Assembly (NCBI RefSeq): GCF_026210795.1
Contig: NC_089431.1
Coordinates: 4,774,001-4,838,000 of the forward strand
Source of the DNA: Rhizophagus irregularis
Taxonomy: Eukaryota
DNA length: 64,000 bases
Direction of reading: 5' to 3'
Under the pieces are notes generated by a model. The model had not been told where the DNA came from. It ran no database searches and saw only the letters and a program-made list of their open reading frames with translations. Positions 63,425 through 64,000 of this stretch are shown piece after piece (within the stretch, counting starts at the first letter, position 1; each line of letters opens with the position of its first letter). The translations under genes were made by a program, and so were the position numbers.

Positions 63425-64000
63425 TTTTTATATAATCTGAAATACTTCATATTCTTCTATAGAAAAAGTACCATTGTTTCTCTGATCAATTTTTCATAAG
63501 ATCTTTTTCTACAATAATTTTAATTATTATTATTATAAAAATCATAATCGTTCTTTACAGAAACTTCAAGATCGTAGCGATGGCTTAATGCGCAGTAACT
63601 GCGTTATAAATACATAGTGACCACATTATGTAATCGTAAAGAAATTACATATATGTAGTTACTGTGCATTAAGCCATCGCTACGATCTTGAAGTTTCTGT
63701 AAAGTTACTAGAACTTCTATACATTATAAGATCTCCATAACCAAATGATGAACCATAACGATTCCAATAATTCATAGCATTTTTTTCATCTTTTACTCAA
63801 CTTATAATATGATCATTAATATTTTTTTTATTCGTAAAAGAAAATATGAAACTATCTTTAGTAATACCGTAACCACTAGACTTCCACTCAATTGGATTAT
63901 ATCCTCAAAGAATTTTATCACTATTTTTTACCTTAATAATTGTTACAGTACGAAATTGATAATCAAAATTTCATGAAATTTTTTAGGCATAAATCCATCA
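63425..64000 (-). pseudogene. 3' part of another TLDc paralog (runs off the window), disrupted
   Basis: DGF.PK.FHE, YNPIEWK, YGSSFGYGDL and EEYEVFQ recognisable; stops replace GGA (about 63905) and CGA (63797-63799); MITE inserted. Confidence 0.88.
63558..63699. mobile_element. 142-bp Tc1/mariner-type MITE
   Basis: TA|CAGAAACTTCAAGATCGTAGCGATGGCTTAATGC... 45-bp TIR with 2 mismatches ...CTG|TA. Confidence 0.9.

Overview
Very AT-rich eukaryotic DNA with short GT-AG introns. The expanded gene families present (BTB-BACK-TLDc, TKL-like kinases with micro-exon tails, F-box/LRR, kinase-Sel1) suggest an arbuscular mycorrhizal fungus such as Rhizophagus; this is an inference. The window holds a U2 snRNA gene, two kinase genes and an F-box gene. 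A BTB-TLDc paralog cluster (4 intact copies plus 4 pseudogenes or remnants) is split by about 44 kb of TE-rich DNA. There are two secreted Cys-rich proteins, one with the SIX6/FOLD-effector cysteine pattern. Several DNA transposons are nested with readable TIRs and TSDs, including an intron-containing Sola-like transposon with N-terminal FYR-like domains. The most striking feature is a young 2.24-kb poly(A)-tailed insertion with a perfect 16-bp target-site duplication. It encodes only an RRM/coiled-coil/RGG ORF1-like protein, has no reverse transcriptase, and ends in a structured 3' UTR, so it looks like an ORF1-only (HAL1-like) retroelement or a retrocopy. All calls were made by eye and no searches were run.
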